Source: Pavona decussata
Lineage: Eukaryota
NCBI GenBank assembly: GCA_977016875.1
Contig: CDRNST010000188.1
Location: 186,001-250,000, forward strand
Direction of reading: 5' to 3'
DNA: 64,000 nucleotides
Translations under genes and position numbers: made by a program
The notes under the pieces: generated by a model
Database searches by the model: none
What the model saw: only the letters and a program-made list of their open reading frames with translations
Told to the model about the DNA's origin: nothing
Shown: piece after piece, positions 48,089 to 63,000 of the stretch
Numbering within the stretch: the stretch's first letter is position 1
Layout: every line of letters begins with the position of its first letter

Positions 48089-51000
48089 ATAATTTGCATA
48101 AAAATGAGCAAAGAAATTTATATTGCCTAGCTTTTAGTTTTACAGATGATAAAAATAGATGTGTATTTACATAAAAAGGCACTTTTAGCTGAAAAAAATA
48201 TCAAAAAGGCAAAAATTTTGATGGAGGTAGGCCAGGGACTAGCCTGCACCACAGATGGAATCAACAGTACCATCTGGGACTTAGGATCCAACCAGCATAC
48301 TAGGATCTGAGTACACTTTGTGATTGGTCTTTACACAAGCTGGTCATTATTTGATTCATGTGGTTATAGCCAGTTAGATTGAAGGGGATTTCGAAAGTGC
48401 CTTCTGGTATTTCGTTGCGTTCGTTGGGGGTCTAGAGCATGGATTTGGGCACTTGATTCCATCTTCGGCACAGGCAATCCAGGGGCAGGAAGCGAAGAGA
48501 AGTGTGTGAGATTGTGGGAAGTATTACACGCAAGACCAGATTTCAAAAGATCAGGGCTGTGGAATATTGTAACAATTAGAGATAGCACTTTGCACGGACT
48601 TGAAATGCGCCAATACAAGGCACTTAATGTTTTGTTGCAATGATTTTTGCATTATCTTAACGTATGTTCACTTTTCAACAAGTGTTTAGCTTTATAGAGG
48701 CAATAAAATTACGTTGACTGCCATTTCTACCCAATTTACATTGTACCTCTATTAAACGGCCAACCTCTATAAAGCGGCCAGTTTTCAAAGTCCCCGCTTA
48801 ATAGAGGTCCGATGTAGTTGTTCAAGGTACAGTAAATATGCAGTTTGTTGTAAGAGTTTGTACATTTCCAAATCAACTTGAAGTAAACACTAAGACTTTA
48901 ATTCTCCAATCATGAAGGTGTTCTCAAGTGTTTACCTGAGGAACGCATGAAACGTATGAGCAACAAAAACACATTAAAACAAGGCGTTACAAGCTAGCTA
49001 GTGCGGAGAAAAATATTGTGCTGCGTTTTTCTCCAAATAACGGACAGTTTTGACACCGCATTAGAGTTAACGGAACTTAATTTACATCCCCTTACCGAGT
49101 TTTCAGTTGGATTGATTTTCATTGTTCTTTTAGTGGGAATATATGTATAACCCCTGATAATCCTGAGAAGCTGGTGGCGGCCTTGATTTTACAGGAGAGA
49201 GCGGGACTGAAAATAACAGCTGATAACAATATCAAATCCCGCCCCCCCCCACCATTATACCCCAACTCGGGAAATTTAGAGGTGTTTCGAAAAAGCACAA
49301 TACACCCGATATGTTTTCGGGCCCACACCTCAATAACCCTTGTATAAATCTGCATTTAGGAATCGCGCGAGGACAACTTGCCTCTCGTCACCACTCGTTC
49401 CGCACGCTTTACGTGTCCTCTTATACAGGGACGCAGCAAGTGTCAAATTTAGTGTCCGAACAAAGGTCAATAAAAATCCCTTGCATCCCAACCTGAGATT
49501 AGCCTGTGTTATTTTCGTTTTGCTCCATCGACTACCCTTCGAGAACCACACTCCGAACTTTCCTGATTGTTTCACCTGTGCACCTGGAGCTCGTCTCAGT
49601 TCAATGGACCACAGGCTACATACCTTATTCTCGTTTATTTTCGCAGGACTTAAATTTCGCGAAAATTTTCTCGGCACATTTCGCGAGTCAAATTGCGTTT
49701 GCAGGGATTTTATTTTCGCGAAATTGACGATTAAGTGATTATTTTTTTCTTTTCTACAAAAATTGTACGTTAATCAACAAGCGAAACAAAACCAATATGC
49801 TGTCCCTTAGCGGCAGCTGTGTTCCTCTTAAAGTCAGTCTAACAGTAATAAAAAAGGTCTTCTTGTTCTTCCGAGTCATTATCGAGTATTGAGAAAATCG
49901 TTACATGTCCTTTCTAGGAGATCTCAATAGAACCTTCAATCTCTTCAAATGGATCCTCAGGGGGAGGACTAAACGATTCATCTAACAGTTGGGCGATGCC
50001 AGCCTTTTCCCATCCTTTAGCGATGTGGCGCCTACCAATATCACTGCTGAGATATCTTGACACTGATTAACATCTAAAGTTGATAGATGATAGCTCCTTG
50101 TACTAACACCTTGTGTTAAAAATTGTTTAGGACCCTTGAAAACACAAATACATGATTTTTCTATGTCCATTAAATTTTGCGAGATCAAAGTTCACGGTCG
50201 TTATTTTTCGCGGGTCTTTAAGTTCAAGAATTTCTTAAAATCGCGAAATTAAGAACCCGCGAAAATTAAGGAGAGTACATGAAGCTCTTCCAAGTTGACA
50301 TGTATCCGAACATTGTTTTCTGGTAAGTCTATTATTGAACTAACAATACAATACTCAAGATAGATCCTAACTAAGGAAGGCTTCTTGAATGTCTACCCGA
50401 AGGCCAACTCAAATGGACTGTGACCCGTTTGTCGAAAGTTCCGACCGGCCTCGAAAAGTTTTTATGTCGACAATGTTCCTGGACAGAAATTTCGTTTTCA
50501 TTTCTTTCAAATCATCCCCATTCGGTTTTGTGTGCATCTGTGTTCCTGGTTGAACTTACAGCAATTCACGCGACAAATGGTATGAAAAACCCTCGCAAAC
50601 AACGTCAGTCAGAAAGATTGATTTTATTCAGATGAGTTAGAAAATAATTAATGACCAATAATTTTGAACTTCCATTTTATTTGGAAAGCAGTAAACTAAG
50701 CGTGTTGTGTTGGAGGTAAGGGGACATTCACATTACAGATACAGAACAACACAGTGCTTTTCCTACAACTTCCGGCATGACAAACCGTTTTGGACGAATT
50801 TGACTTAAATGCATGGCATCCAAGTTTTTTCCACTTTTGAAAGCTAACACAACCCATAGATGAGTAACTATGACGGCTGCCCCATATTGTCAATGCAGCT
50901 TTGCTTTTTTAAAAACTAAACTCTGTTGTTAGAATTTCAAATATTGTCTTATAAACTTCTGTCGACCAATTTATCGTCTTGGAGCGAAACTCAGCCCCTG

Positions 51001-51149
51001 GATTTTTCACAATTACTCAGAACAAAAGATCACGTAAAATAGATAGTTTTGAGTAACCGTGAAAGGCAATGGAGGAAATTTAAGCGTCCTTTTTAATTTC
51101 GTTTTTTTTTCTGCAGCCTTCCCGATAAAATTTCTTGCTGTTCGTTGGG

Positions 51150-54100
51150 TCAGTTCATCAAGCTCCTGATCTCCTTGTGCATTTGGCAAAGGAAGTCTAC
51201 ATAACTACTCGCGGCTGGATTGATGCCTTTGTCCTCAACAAGGAAGTGCTTAAACCACCCTTCAAGTTTGTCCCGCTGTCGTACAACGGTTAACTGAAAA
51301 GAAAGAAATAGAATTCAAATAAAAAAATATGATACTTTTAGGTTAATCGATCGATCAGAATGGCAAAAAGAATCACTTATCGTTCAAGCATATTTACAAC
51401 GTAACGACTTCAACAGTTGCCGACATGAGGCCAGGCTGGATCGATTCCTTTTTACGGTACAAGTATATTCGTTATAAAGCTGAAGTTTTTCCTGCCAAAG
51501 CGCATGCATTCATTGGCTAGTTTATGGTCACATAGCATCTAACAATGGAATTGTTTTCCGCCAAAAGCCCATGAGCTCGTAACACTGCGAAAACTATGAC
51601 GTCAGAGGGTAACAGTGAACTCTTCAACTTCGTTCTGGGAACGAGGTTGTGAACTGTGAATCTAATGTATCAACTGCCTTCATGTAACATTCCAATTTAC
51701 CAGTAACATCTGTGCGATTGCTTTAACAAATTGTATCCAACCAATTGCCATTTGCATTCCATTTCATTTCTTAAATCAATGAGACAAAAGTTTTCAAGAG
51801 AGTAGCGTTGTACCTTGAGATAATGCTGTCTCTGTCCCTGGATCTGCCGAATAACATCGTTAAGTCGGGCATTCAGAGAATTCTCAAGGACTGGCAGAGA
51901 GGTCTGATAACAGAAACAACAGGTTAACGTCACATCTACACATGGAATTGAATTAACTATGAAAACAATTAATTGTTCCTATCATGAAATACAAACATTT
52001 GAACAGTGCTGTAACTGTAGAATGGGTTAATATGCTGTACCAAGTGCTTGTCAGCACAGTTAATTCTGTAAATAAAATCTTCATTTGAGTGCATACTCAA
52101 ATACGACCATTGAATAGCACTTTTTTGAGGCATCGTTTATTATATCACAACGTGTGGGTCTAACTCTTGACCCAGTAAAAGTTGCCTGTAGCCAAATCTC
52201 ACCATTTCAATGTCCACTTGGCCAATAGTTTGGACTCCAAACACTTCATGGAGCCAGTTGGGATCAACTTGAAGACCAATCCACATGAACAGGGAAATTC
52301 CATTCTCTGTTAAATAGATAAAATTGAAGTGAGAAATCTTAACATAGAATGCATGCGGTTGACTGGATAGAACGATTTTCAATTGAGAGTTGAAAGAAGT
52401 TTCGCATTTGCTTTGTTTCGACTTCGCTAATCCTCTCATTGACTATCAAGTATCAACACAACCCATAACTCCTTGATTCGCTCTGAGGAAAAGCTAGCAC
52501 TCCAATCGTCAGCTCTCGACTCTCTTTGTGATGGCTACCTTATAAAACTAACAATTCATTGTCAAGACTTGCACCATGTCAAACAATAGCACAATTTGTA
52601 GCAAATTATAGGATCAATGGGGAGATTTAAACCGGAAACTTCACATTTTTTTTAGTAATTCTTTAAAAATGTCATGCAAACTTGTATTGGAAAGCACTCA
52701 AGCCAAGTTCAAAGATAAGGACTCATACGACGCTGCATCAGTCAACCAAACTTCAAAGTTAAGCCATGTCAAGACCCGTTTTGGTTATCAGGGAACTAAG
52801 CAGCGACAGCAGCGCCAACATAAACGTCACCTGAAAATATAACTTCATTTCATTTGTCCTAGTTCGAAATTATTTCAACTCGTTCAATTTTTACAGAAAC
52901 GGCGAACTATTATACCCAGGAACCAAATTGGTAGGAGTGGCATTCAAGTCAAGAAAGAAATTGAAACATTCACCGTCGTGTTTTCACGTTCTCCACAAAA
53001 CCTCGAATTTGGTCATTTCACGCTGTTGTTTTGCAGGACGGCAAAGAAATGTACCAAAATTTGAAATACATGTGTGTTGTCACACAACACTTTTTCAGTT
53101 TGCATGATGAGTGACAGCCCAACTGAAACTTCACTCACCCAATAGGTAAACACCATTCTCTGACATTCGATCAGCTGAACATCTGATGACTGATGGAAGA
53201 CCCGATGAATCCACATCCAAATCATGCTAAGGGCAAAAAACATTAACAACAACAGAAATTAAACTGTTTCGTTACTGAAACAAAAAAAAATATATATCAA
53301 GATTTGATACTACCAGAAAAGAAAAACAGTGGGCCTGCAATCTTGGACAGAACAGGACAAACATTTGTTCATGAACACCAAATTCCATACAAATGTTTCT
53401 AATTCTGAGATTGCGTCCTCCAAATCCATTCAAAGTCTCTAACTTTTCCGATTTTGACAGCCTTCCGCATGTTTGCAATCTAACCACAGAACCTAAAACT
53501 TGGTAAACTGACAAATTTTAATGTGATCTTTTTTGTGTTGGACTCCAGTTTCTGATTAAATAAAAATTTAAAAACTCATCCATAGTCCCCATTTAAACTC
53601 CGGAACAAGCAATATGCTTTTCTCCTTTAAAAAGACAGGGTTATGTAACCCAGGTTCATAATCTTAAAGTCACATCAGTCTGACGCAAAGTGTAACTACC
53701 TGGGTGATCATGTAGCATTATGGATGCCTGCACTACCACAAACAACTCAAGGTCGCACAGGTTTATTATAATGCAACACTAGCTCTAGAGTGTTATGTCG
53801 AGCAATAATCTGAAAGTGTCCAGAACATATCTGATACATACCAAGGGGAACAGCCTTGGATAGAAATACGGCACAGAAGCCGCCTGATCCATTGACATCA
53901 CAGATCTCATGAGCCAACTGCGGTCATCAGAACTCATCTCTGAACCTTGGATTTAAGACAACAGCTGATGATTAACAATTTATATCTTTTAAGATTTACT
54001 GGGAAGTACTATTTAGAAGGTTTAGTACCCGTGAACAAACAGTTGACAGTTGTCTGTTCTGTCCTTTAGCCTTTTTAACCTTCTACAAACGCTACGCTGT

Positions 54101-57100
54101 ACATGCTGAGGTTTAGACATATAGTGTCAAATCAGCATCCTTAGGTCACACCAAGTGTGATCTGTAGCTGGCTGTGCCACTCTTTTTGTTTTCTACCAAC
54201 ACACTTCAAATCCTTTATCTTTTATTTTGAATGTGCAAAAATCAGAAATTACGAAGCATCAGGAGCTATTTTTAAATTACAATCCTAGATGCATTTGTTG
54301 GAACACTCCGTCCTCTTCTTCCCAATAATGTTGGCAGCTCAACATTGAGAGGAGCGGGGGACTTTTCACATACCCTAGGTAAATTCTAATCTGTAGCCAA
54401 GTGTGTGTTCCAAGTACTTGTGACAAGAACTGTAGCAGTTTGTTGGCACAAGTTTTTTTGGAGGTAGACAATGCCCTGAAGTGAAACATAATCACCTAAA
54501 AAAGTATGAGACTCACCTCCTAAAAGAATGTCATTCTTTAAAATACAATTCGAGTAGAGAGGCAGGAGTTTCATGCACTCAGGAAGGATCAACTGCAGAA
54601 ACAACCCCAAAGTCAAAAATGAGTAATGTCTACTGGATGTACCACCATTCAGATTTAACCTGACTATCAGAATCTTAAGTGTAATGGTGTGAATGGCTCA
54701 TGAGAACAATGCAAGTGTCTTTTACCTGGCCAGCAGACGATGGAGAGGCACAGTTCCGTCTGTAGCAGGCTAAGATCTGTGCACATTGGTTCATAAGGTT
54801 TTCTCTGATAGCTTTAGGAGTTGATGTGTATACCTGTCTGATAGCTGAAAAACATAAAAACAAACATATTATTGAAACATGCAGGTTTTAAAACTCCAAT
54901 TAAGGGAAGTATGATAGAGACAATATTTTACTGGTCGGGTTCCAACAACTACAGAACTAAAATGGATGGCAGCCGCACCAATGTTGCAGCATTTGAGCAA
55001 ACTTTGAGATAACTTCAACAGAAAAGCACCAGAAGGATAAGAATAGTAATGCCCATTGTGCTTGAACAAAAATGTAGTAAAATTGGCTCACCTTGTTTTG
55101 AAACAACATTTACAAAGGTGTCCATTTCACAACAACGGAACAAGTCAGACAACTGGCTACAGGTGGAGAAAGCCAGATTGTGGACTCTTAGACGTCGCTG
55201 CCCAGTGATTGACGTATAAAGCAACGCACACTGGAAATAAGCTTGACTGTCCTCTGGTAACTTGTCATCATGTTTGATTTCAATAGCAATTGCCTAAAAT
55301 GCAAAAAGAAGTTATATGTTTGTTGAGTGGAAACACACCAAAAGAGGATGCTTAATATGCATGAGAAAAATTCTGGACTAAACAAAAGATAATACACAAT
55401 GGCTTTGAGAATGGTAGATGGGAAACGGTTACCTTGTGTGGATCAACCACCGCAAGTTCCACATCTGTAGTGTTGCTCATGTAACAATTTCCCCAGAAGT
55501 CAACTGGCCGCAATCCTGTTTGTATGGAATGAACAATCTTGTCAGTTGCTTAAGAAGGACTAAAGTATTTGAACCTACAAATAACTTAAGTCTTCACAGA
55601 CTAACTGAATTATATTTTTATACAGTCAAAAGCAAGACCAGAAAACTATTTTGATCACAGAATTCAATATAAACATGACCAGAGCCAGTACATGTCACTG
55701 TGCAGAGCAAAACAAACTAGAGATGGATGTATGGACAGCTATCTCAAACAAGTTATGACAACAGCTGAACTTTAACTTATATAATTGACCTGTCTAACTG
55801 ATCAAGCACAAAAAAAATCAAAGCACCAATACATATTTAATACCTGTACTGCATCTGAGTCTCATCACAGCATCAAAGCCAACGTTGCGCTGTAGATTTC
55901 GTTTGAGGTCTCCACGTAACTGATCTCCATGTGTGGCTTCCTAAAGTCATTTAAATAGTTAATTAATTTATTATTATGCTGTCAGTAACAAGCTGGACTT
56001 GAGGTTAAAAGGTCGTGATCCCGATAATGAAGATGTAGTTACGTCATTACAGCAAGCAGTGTTCAAGGATACATTTCCAGCATTCAGCCACTAGGGACTT
56101 ATCCTAGGTAGCCTGGTAGGCAAATGTCTCCTCAAAATAATCCTACAGCTACAGACTATTAACAGCCATGAACAGGTGTGATCCATCTCATTTCTCAATC
56201 AACAGAAAAGCATGTTCATTCTGTTAACGGCTAGGGTTTTGTACCTCTTGAACGAGGTTATGTTCACTTTATGGAGCCAAGTAAAGATTTTTTTCAGGAT
56301 ATAAATAGTAACAAATTTCAAGTACTAATGTATTGTGCATACACAACATAACACAATCTCGTAAGTGAAGAGCAAAATTATTACTAAATAAGTTACATTT
56401 TGTCAAACTTGGAAAGATATATAAACTAGACAGCTGAGCACAGTGCACCTTGAAGTATGAATATCTGTAGATTTGTCCTCCAGTCAGAGTGGCTACCGAG
56501 CCAATGGTGGCTACATCAATGTAAGCATTCGGGAATAGAAACAGATCCACTGTAACACCACTTTCTACACAGTCCTTTGCAAGCTTTTCATAGAAGGAGT
56601 TCTGTGGTGTGAGTATTGTCTGAGGAAAAACAGAAACACATTACTTACAAGTTCTATTTACCATAAACATTAACCAAGAAGAGCTCAAAAGCTGACCACC
56701 TTTTCATTAACCAGGTTAGCAACTGATTCATCAATACAATTCAAGGTTTAGATAAATGCAAGAAGCCCTTACAAAATTTAGGGATGTTTCTAAGTTCGCT
56801 TTTTTGACAAAGACTTATGACATCTTCAGTTGATAAAAGAGATTGTTAAATTTCAGTTTGTAAAGTTTACATGAGACAAATATTGTCACTCTGGATTACT
56901 CTTCTGTGTATATTGTACAACATACCTTTTCTTTCTCAGAACCAAGCAGTTTTCGGTCTTCTCTGTTCTTTAATTTGCCAGGTGCTTCTGCTATGGGTAG
57001 AGACGAGTGGAACACAAACAGCTTCCCTGAAATACCTGCCGCCTGTGCAAACACAATGCTGATCAGTTGCAAACTGGATGTGTCTGCAGTACTATCAACT

Positions 57101-59909
57101 ACAAAGTAATTTAACACAATACAATAATATAGAAGAAAGCCAAGGATCAATGATCTTGTTTATCAGTTACTAGAAAGCCTTCATCAACACCCACAGAGTT
57201 ATGTTTAGTGGGTCAATCCAGTGGTTCAACTTTGGAAAGACCTTAAATTTGATAGTAGGACAAAGTAACACAGGAAGAAGGCAAAACCAAAAAGAAGCAA
57301 AGACAAATTTGGTTATGGACCAGATGCGCACCTGGGCAAACAGTGGATGTCTGGATTTAGGAGAAATAAATAGAAATCACAGCAGTGATTTTCTAGTTTT
57401 GAACATGTCTCCAGAGTAAACACTTTACAATTTCTTGTAAAGGAAATGATTGTTCACCTTAAGTGCCTCCATTCCAGCTTGGATAACAGGACCAAGGACT
57501 GTTTCTGTTTCTCTTGTTTCTCCAAACATTGTGGGAATTTGTTCCAAAAGGCTGTCAACAAGATCCAAAAGAATTTGCATTTGCCAATGCAATTACAAAA
57601 CAAACAAAATCCAAAAAGGTAAGGCTGTTTTCTGAAAGGAGCACAGAGCTAACAAAATATCTGACACAGGAGCCTAACTTCTGGCCCCTAACATCCTGGC
57701 TACTACAACTTCTCCTCAGGCAACAGCCTAAAAAATTGACAACATTGACAATAAAAACAGGCAAAAGAGGGACATACCTATCTACAACACTTCTGGCTTC
57801 CTGAAGATTTACTAAAAAGCCATCTACAAGAGGCACAAAGACATCTTCAATATCTGAAACCACCATCATCTGGGGCTGAGCAAGATTACTCTGCCAAAAA
57901 CAAACAAACATAAAAATTAGCTTGCTTGAACTATTGTTATTTTCCCAAAATTTTGGAACTTTTTCCATATCTGTAGAGTAATCTTATTGTTTTCATGAAT
58001 TTCAACATTTCACACAAACGTAAATACTGCAGCTAAGCTCAGTGAAGTAATACCTTGACATTGTAGAAATGCAGACGATTGTTGTATGTTACAAATCCAA
58101 CTCTGATGGAAGAGTGTTCTTGGCCGTGCTCTCTATAAGATAACAAAACAATTGAAAATCATCTCCCTTTAATTGACAGGCACTCATTTCTATTACTCTA
58201 GACTAAAGCCAGTGACACACTAAGTGATTTTCTATGCTTGTCATGGCAAATGGATAAAAGCCTCACATCTACCTTCTACTGCAACAACAATTTTGCCCAG
58301 CAATTTTGATGACCTCAATAAGCAATAAAATCATCAATATCCGTCATGTTGGATAATGCTAATACCTGTTCACAGTCATAAGTCACTTTGGTGTAATAAG
58401 TTTGTTTTATAAGAGCCTTTTGATGAGAACGCTTAGTTTGGGTCTTTACCATATTAAGGACAAATTATACAAAGGCTGAGATCTTAAAATCAAAACATTC
58501 TAACTTCCAGTCCTCATCGTCTGACAACTCTGTGTTCAATGGGTCAGCCTTCTGCTGAGTCATCATTAATTTGCGACGTTAGCCTCATTTATTTGAATTG
58601 TTTCAAAGAGTGTCACTAGCCTAACTTTTCAAATCAATTTTGAAACAAACCCCTTAACTGTCAAATCACACAGGCTTACTTGGGAAGGACATCTAAGAGT
58701 TCTTTGAGTTCCTTCATGAGCATTCTAACCATTCCACACTGCATGCTCTGGTACGACACATCGATCATAAATATATAGGCAGGAGGCCCTGGCAACTTTT
58801 GATCCTGTTTATGATGAGGAGACAAAATGGACAGTTTCTTTACAACATACACAATAAATCATTACTTCATACACAAACAAAATTAATTTCAAGGGTCACA
58901 TGTGGTACCTGAGATCGTGGATTGTTTACAGTGTACTACCAGAAAATGTTTCAAAAAACGAAAAATCAAACAAGAAATTGTTGAAATACAGTGTTTTAAT
59001 ACTATTCTTTGCAGATGTCTTTCGTTATTCTAAGAATTTGGTGACAGATTTTGCCATTGATCCCCACACATAACCGACAATCTTCTACATTCTCATTACA
59101 TGCCATGATGACTTAAATGGAACCTGTAGCTGTGAAGTGTAGGTTACCTTGCAATAATCCTTTGTGGCTACAAATTCATATGATCCAAGGTGAAGCTCTG
59201 GTCTTTCATACGTATCAAGCCTCAGACCTTGGTGGTCTAAATGGCAGAAGTATTCTCCAGGAACTGAAACAAAACAATGCAATGTAATTTAATTTAACAA
59301 TGTTATTGGGAAAAGTAAACAAAGAGCAAGAAGTGGCAATCAAATAAATTTAAATAAAGTAGTAAATTATTGAATTTTATGATGGACAGTGAAATAATTT
59401 ACAAAGAATGAAGTTGATAAAAAACAGAGGCACACTAAAGTTTGACCACTATCACTCAAACATAATTTTAGTCAGAACAAAGAATCAAGCTCATAGAATC
59501 CATCCACATTCACTCTGTGCAAGATCCTCTCTGTAAACTGCAGGAGTGAAAATAATTGCAACCCATTCTAATTTACACTGTGTAGTTTTATACAGATATG
59601 TTCAAACACACTTTCTAATATATCTCATAGATACAGCACCTACAGACAAAAGGTACAAAAATGCACATCAAAGGGGATGAGTATATCATTCTAAATAACT
59701 ACCATGATTTAATGAAGCACAGTGAGAGAGAGGAAGGAGGGATCATCTTACTTAACTCATATAGATTTACCTTCTGAAGAGTAGGCGCAAATATTACATA
59801 TGAATCTTCGACCACCATCAACAAACTGTACAAAGGGATTCATGTACGCCTTGCAACGATTACATCTCACTGGCCCGGTGGGATTGTAGTCCATGATGCG
59901 TAGAGGAGG
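51150..59909 (-). CDS. Protein transport protein SEC24C/D-like (COPII cargo adaptor); 3' portion, 5' exons lie beyond the window
   Basis: Exons include 59909-59771 ([23 protein letters not shown] zinc finger), 59263-59148 ([15 protein letters not shown]), 58804-58680 (AYIFMIDVS), ~57890-57778 ([16 protein letters not shown]), ~56619-56449 ([17 protein letters not shown]), ~55230-55092 ([16 protein letters not shown]), ~54843-54726 and ~54594-54516 ([13 protein letters not shown]|[11 protein letters not shown], the SEC24C/D LIL motif), and last exon 51293-51150 ([18 protein letters not shown]). Confidence 0.95.
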
Positions 59910-60099
59910 CTGTACAAGATTAACAAGACTGACATGAGTACTTGTGAAGTAAGTAAGAAACTTCACTTAGGCAGGGTGGCCCAGTCAGGACCGAGATTGA
60001 TATTCAGTGGGTTCCAGCAAATCATCAGTTATTACAAACCATCCAACATGATAATATCCACAAAATACTATTAGTCCTAAGATCACAATTTGTTGTTAA

Positions 60100-63000
60100 G
60101 AGCCGATTTCTGAAATTATCAAAAATCGGGCGTCAGTCGTGAAATTTCGAATTCCTTCATATTTTGCCCATATAATCTCTATAGTGGAGTATTTTCAAAA
60201 ATAACGTTAAAAGTTTCATCAGCGTGTTATTTTTTTCGAAATCGGGCAAAGTTTGAAATACGGCAAATTAGCGTCCTTACGGTCACGAAACTTACTAAAA
60301 ATTACCCATTTTCATCTCGCTCGTAGAAAGAAACGCGATGTCCTCCATTAATGAAATGTTTACAAAATATAAACACATCCCTCTTCTTCATAATGCACTA
60401 GTTAAATTTGGATAAGCTTGAAAATTGGAAATGCTTCGGCCGTTAGAAGAAACCCCATTTCGGCAGTTTAAAAATTTAGCAAATTTCATCCAATTTCAAC
60501 ACAAAAGAAACCCAATTGGTACGTCCAGTTTGAATTTAAAATGAAGATATTGTTAAAGCACAACCTTTGTAGTTTACTGTGTTAAAATATTTCTGGCGGC
60601 AATGCAAAAGTACCCCGTCGAGAGACCAAAATGTGAAGGGTACTTTGACACGAGGAGAGCCTGTGAAACGAACAACGGCCGTCACGCTACAAATCAAGTC
60701 CTTCGTTAAATTGTCACTTGCGACAAAGAATATGTTTTCTATAAGCTGTACAGAAATTGCTAAAAGTAGTTTATTCTCTGTTGAACTTAGTAGGATAACA
60801 TTTTGTATGATTTTGTCAACTCATGTATTTTTACACATGTAGAAGTCACTGGGGATTAGGCACATTTTGCCGTTAGTTGTGTAATTGGAAACTGTTTACA
60901 TTATTCTGCTTCGGCTACTTTCAAAAATACAACAGTCAGGAAATACCAAAAGTCAGAGTATTTCTAAGCCTTAAGTCATCTATTGCTTGAGTTTTTAAGA
61001 CAGGAAAGGCAATTACATTAGAATTATCAAGCAAAGATGGTATAAATTCACTAAGAAGAGGTCAAGTTAACAGCAGAGATCAGCTATGTGATTGTCGCAT
61101 CGCAGAATAAATATTTATGAAGTTGCCATAAACAAGCAGTTTATTCTGGCCCTGAATTTGAAAAAACTCGCTAAGGAGAACTTACCACAGTGATCTGATC
61201 TGCAGCGCCAGTAACTCTTTTTAAACGGAAAAAGTTGAAATCCTTGTAACTGCGCGACTAACTAAAGCGTGATCAAAACTGCGTGGGACCTGGTAACCGA
61301 ACTATCTTCCCAAGCCGGCTACAAAGGCGAACAAGTTACAAACGACAAACAATTCCGTATTTTACCTCAGTAAATATGCAGTTCTTCAAGTTCCTAAGCC
61401 AGCCGTCTAGCCAAATATACACTCCTCGTGCTTGAAAACGTTTTTTTTTCTTGGCGGGGAGGAGGGGGGGGGGGGGGTAGGGGAGGGGGAGGGAGGTTTC
61501 TTATGTGTGAGATCTCGCGGACGTTTAGAACTCAGCTTAGTGCCTTTTTTTCAACAGTCACTTTATATTTTCTACTGTATGGCACTTATCTTTGCGAATA
61601 TCAAGAACGAAGTGGACAGTTACTATAGTGTTAATTTTCCTAACTACAGCAAAAGGCTAACATTATTGGCTGGAGGTTCCATCTATGATACAGTAGCAAG
61701 TAGACTAGACATTTTCCTACAAGAAACGACCGCACATGGTCCTACGACGGACCAGCGCACAAAAAGACTGTTTTGCAGCCTCGTCTGTTCAAAGCTCCAG
61801 AATAGTGAGAACCGCAAAACATGAACCCGAATTTTAAAAGCGCTCTCTCTCTACGCAATTCCACTCATTTTGCTTCTTCGGGTTTGGTTTGAAATTTGGG
61901 CGTTCTCACTAACTGAGGGCTTTGAACTGGCTAATGTTCAACAAGCTAGTGTCTATGCATAATTTTAATTATGCCACATGAACATTAGCCAGTAGGAAAA
62001 GAGAACTCGAATGACATTCCAGGCTTTTTGTGCTTCTCGAGTATCTTATCTACACTTGAAAGACAAAAATTTGACTGCTTTGCAGTCAAGGAAGATGCTA
62101 CGTGTAGACATAAAATGCAGGTGTGGCCTCATACAGTTTGCAATGTCTACTCTACTTGCTACTGTATCATAGATGGAACCTCCGACCATTAATGTGAGCC
62201 TTTTTCTGTAGTTAGGAAACACTATAGTGACTGTCCACTTCGTTCTTGATATTTGCAAAGGTCCCCCCCATTCGTTCCCACCCCGCCAAAGAAAAAAAAT
62301 GTTTTCAAGCACAGGGAGTGTATATCTGGCTAGACGGCTGGTTTAGGAACTTGAAGAACTGCATTTTTACAGAGGTAAAATACGGAATTGTTTGTCGTTT
62401 GCTACTTGTTCGCCTTCGTAGCCGGCTTGGGAAGATAGTTCGCTTACCAGGTCCCACGCGGTTTTGATCACGCCTTAGTTTGTCAGAGTCACGCAGTTAC
62501 AAGGATTTTAACTTTTTCCGTTTAAAAAGAGTTACTGGCGCTGCAGATCAGATCACTGTGGTAAGTTCTCCTTAGCGAGTTTTTTCGAATTCAGGGCTAG
62601 AATAAACTGCTAGTTTATAGCAATTTCATAAATATTTATACTGCGATGCGACAATCACATAGCTGATCTCTGCTGTTAACTTTGACCTCTTCTAAGTGAA
62701 TTTATACCATCTTTGCTTGATAATTCTAAAGTAATTGCCTTTCCTGCCTTAAAAACTTAAGCAAAAGATGAATTAAAGCTTAGAAATACTCTGACTTTTG
62801 GTATTTCCTGACTGTTGTATTTTTGAAAGTAGCCGAACTAGAATAATGTAAACAGTTTCCTATTAAACAACTAACGGCAAAAACACTGGCAAAATGTGCC
62901 TAATCCCCAGTGACTTCTACATGTGTGAAAATACATGAGTTGACAAAATCATACAAAATGCTATCCTACTAAGTTCAACAGAGAATAAACTACTTTTAGC

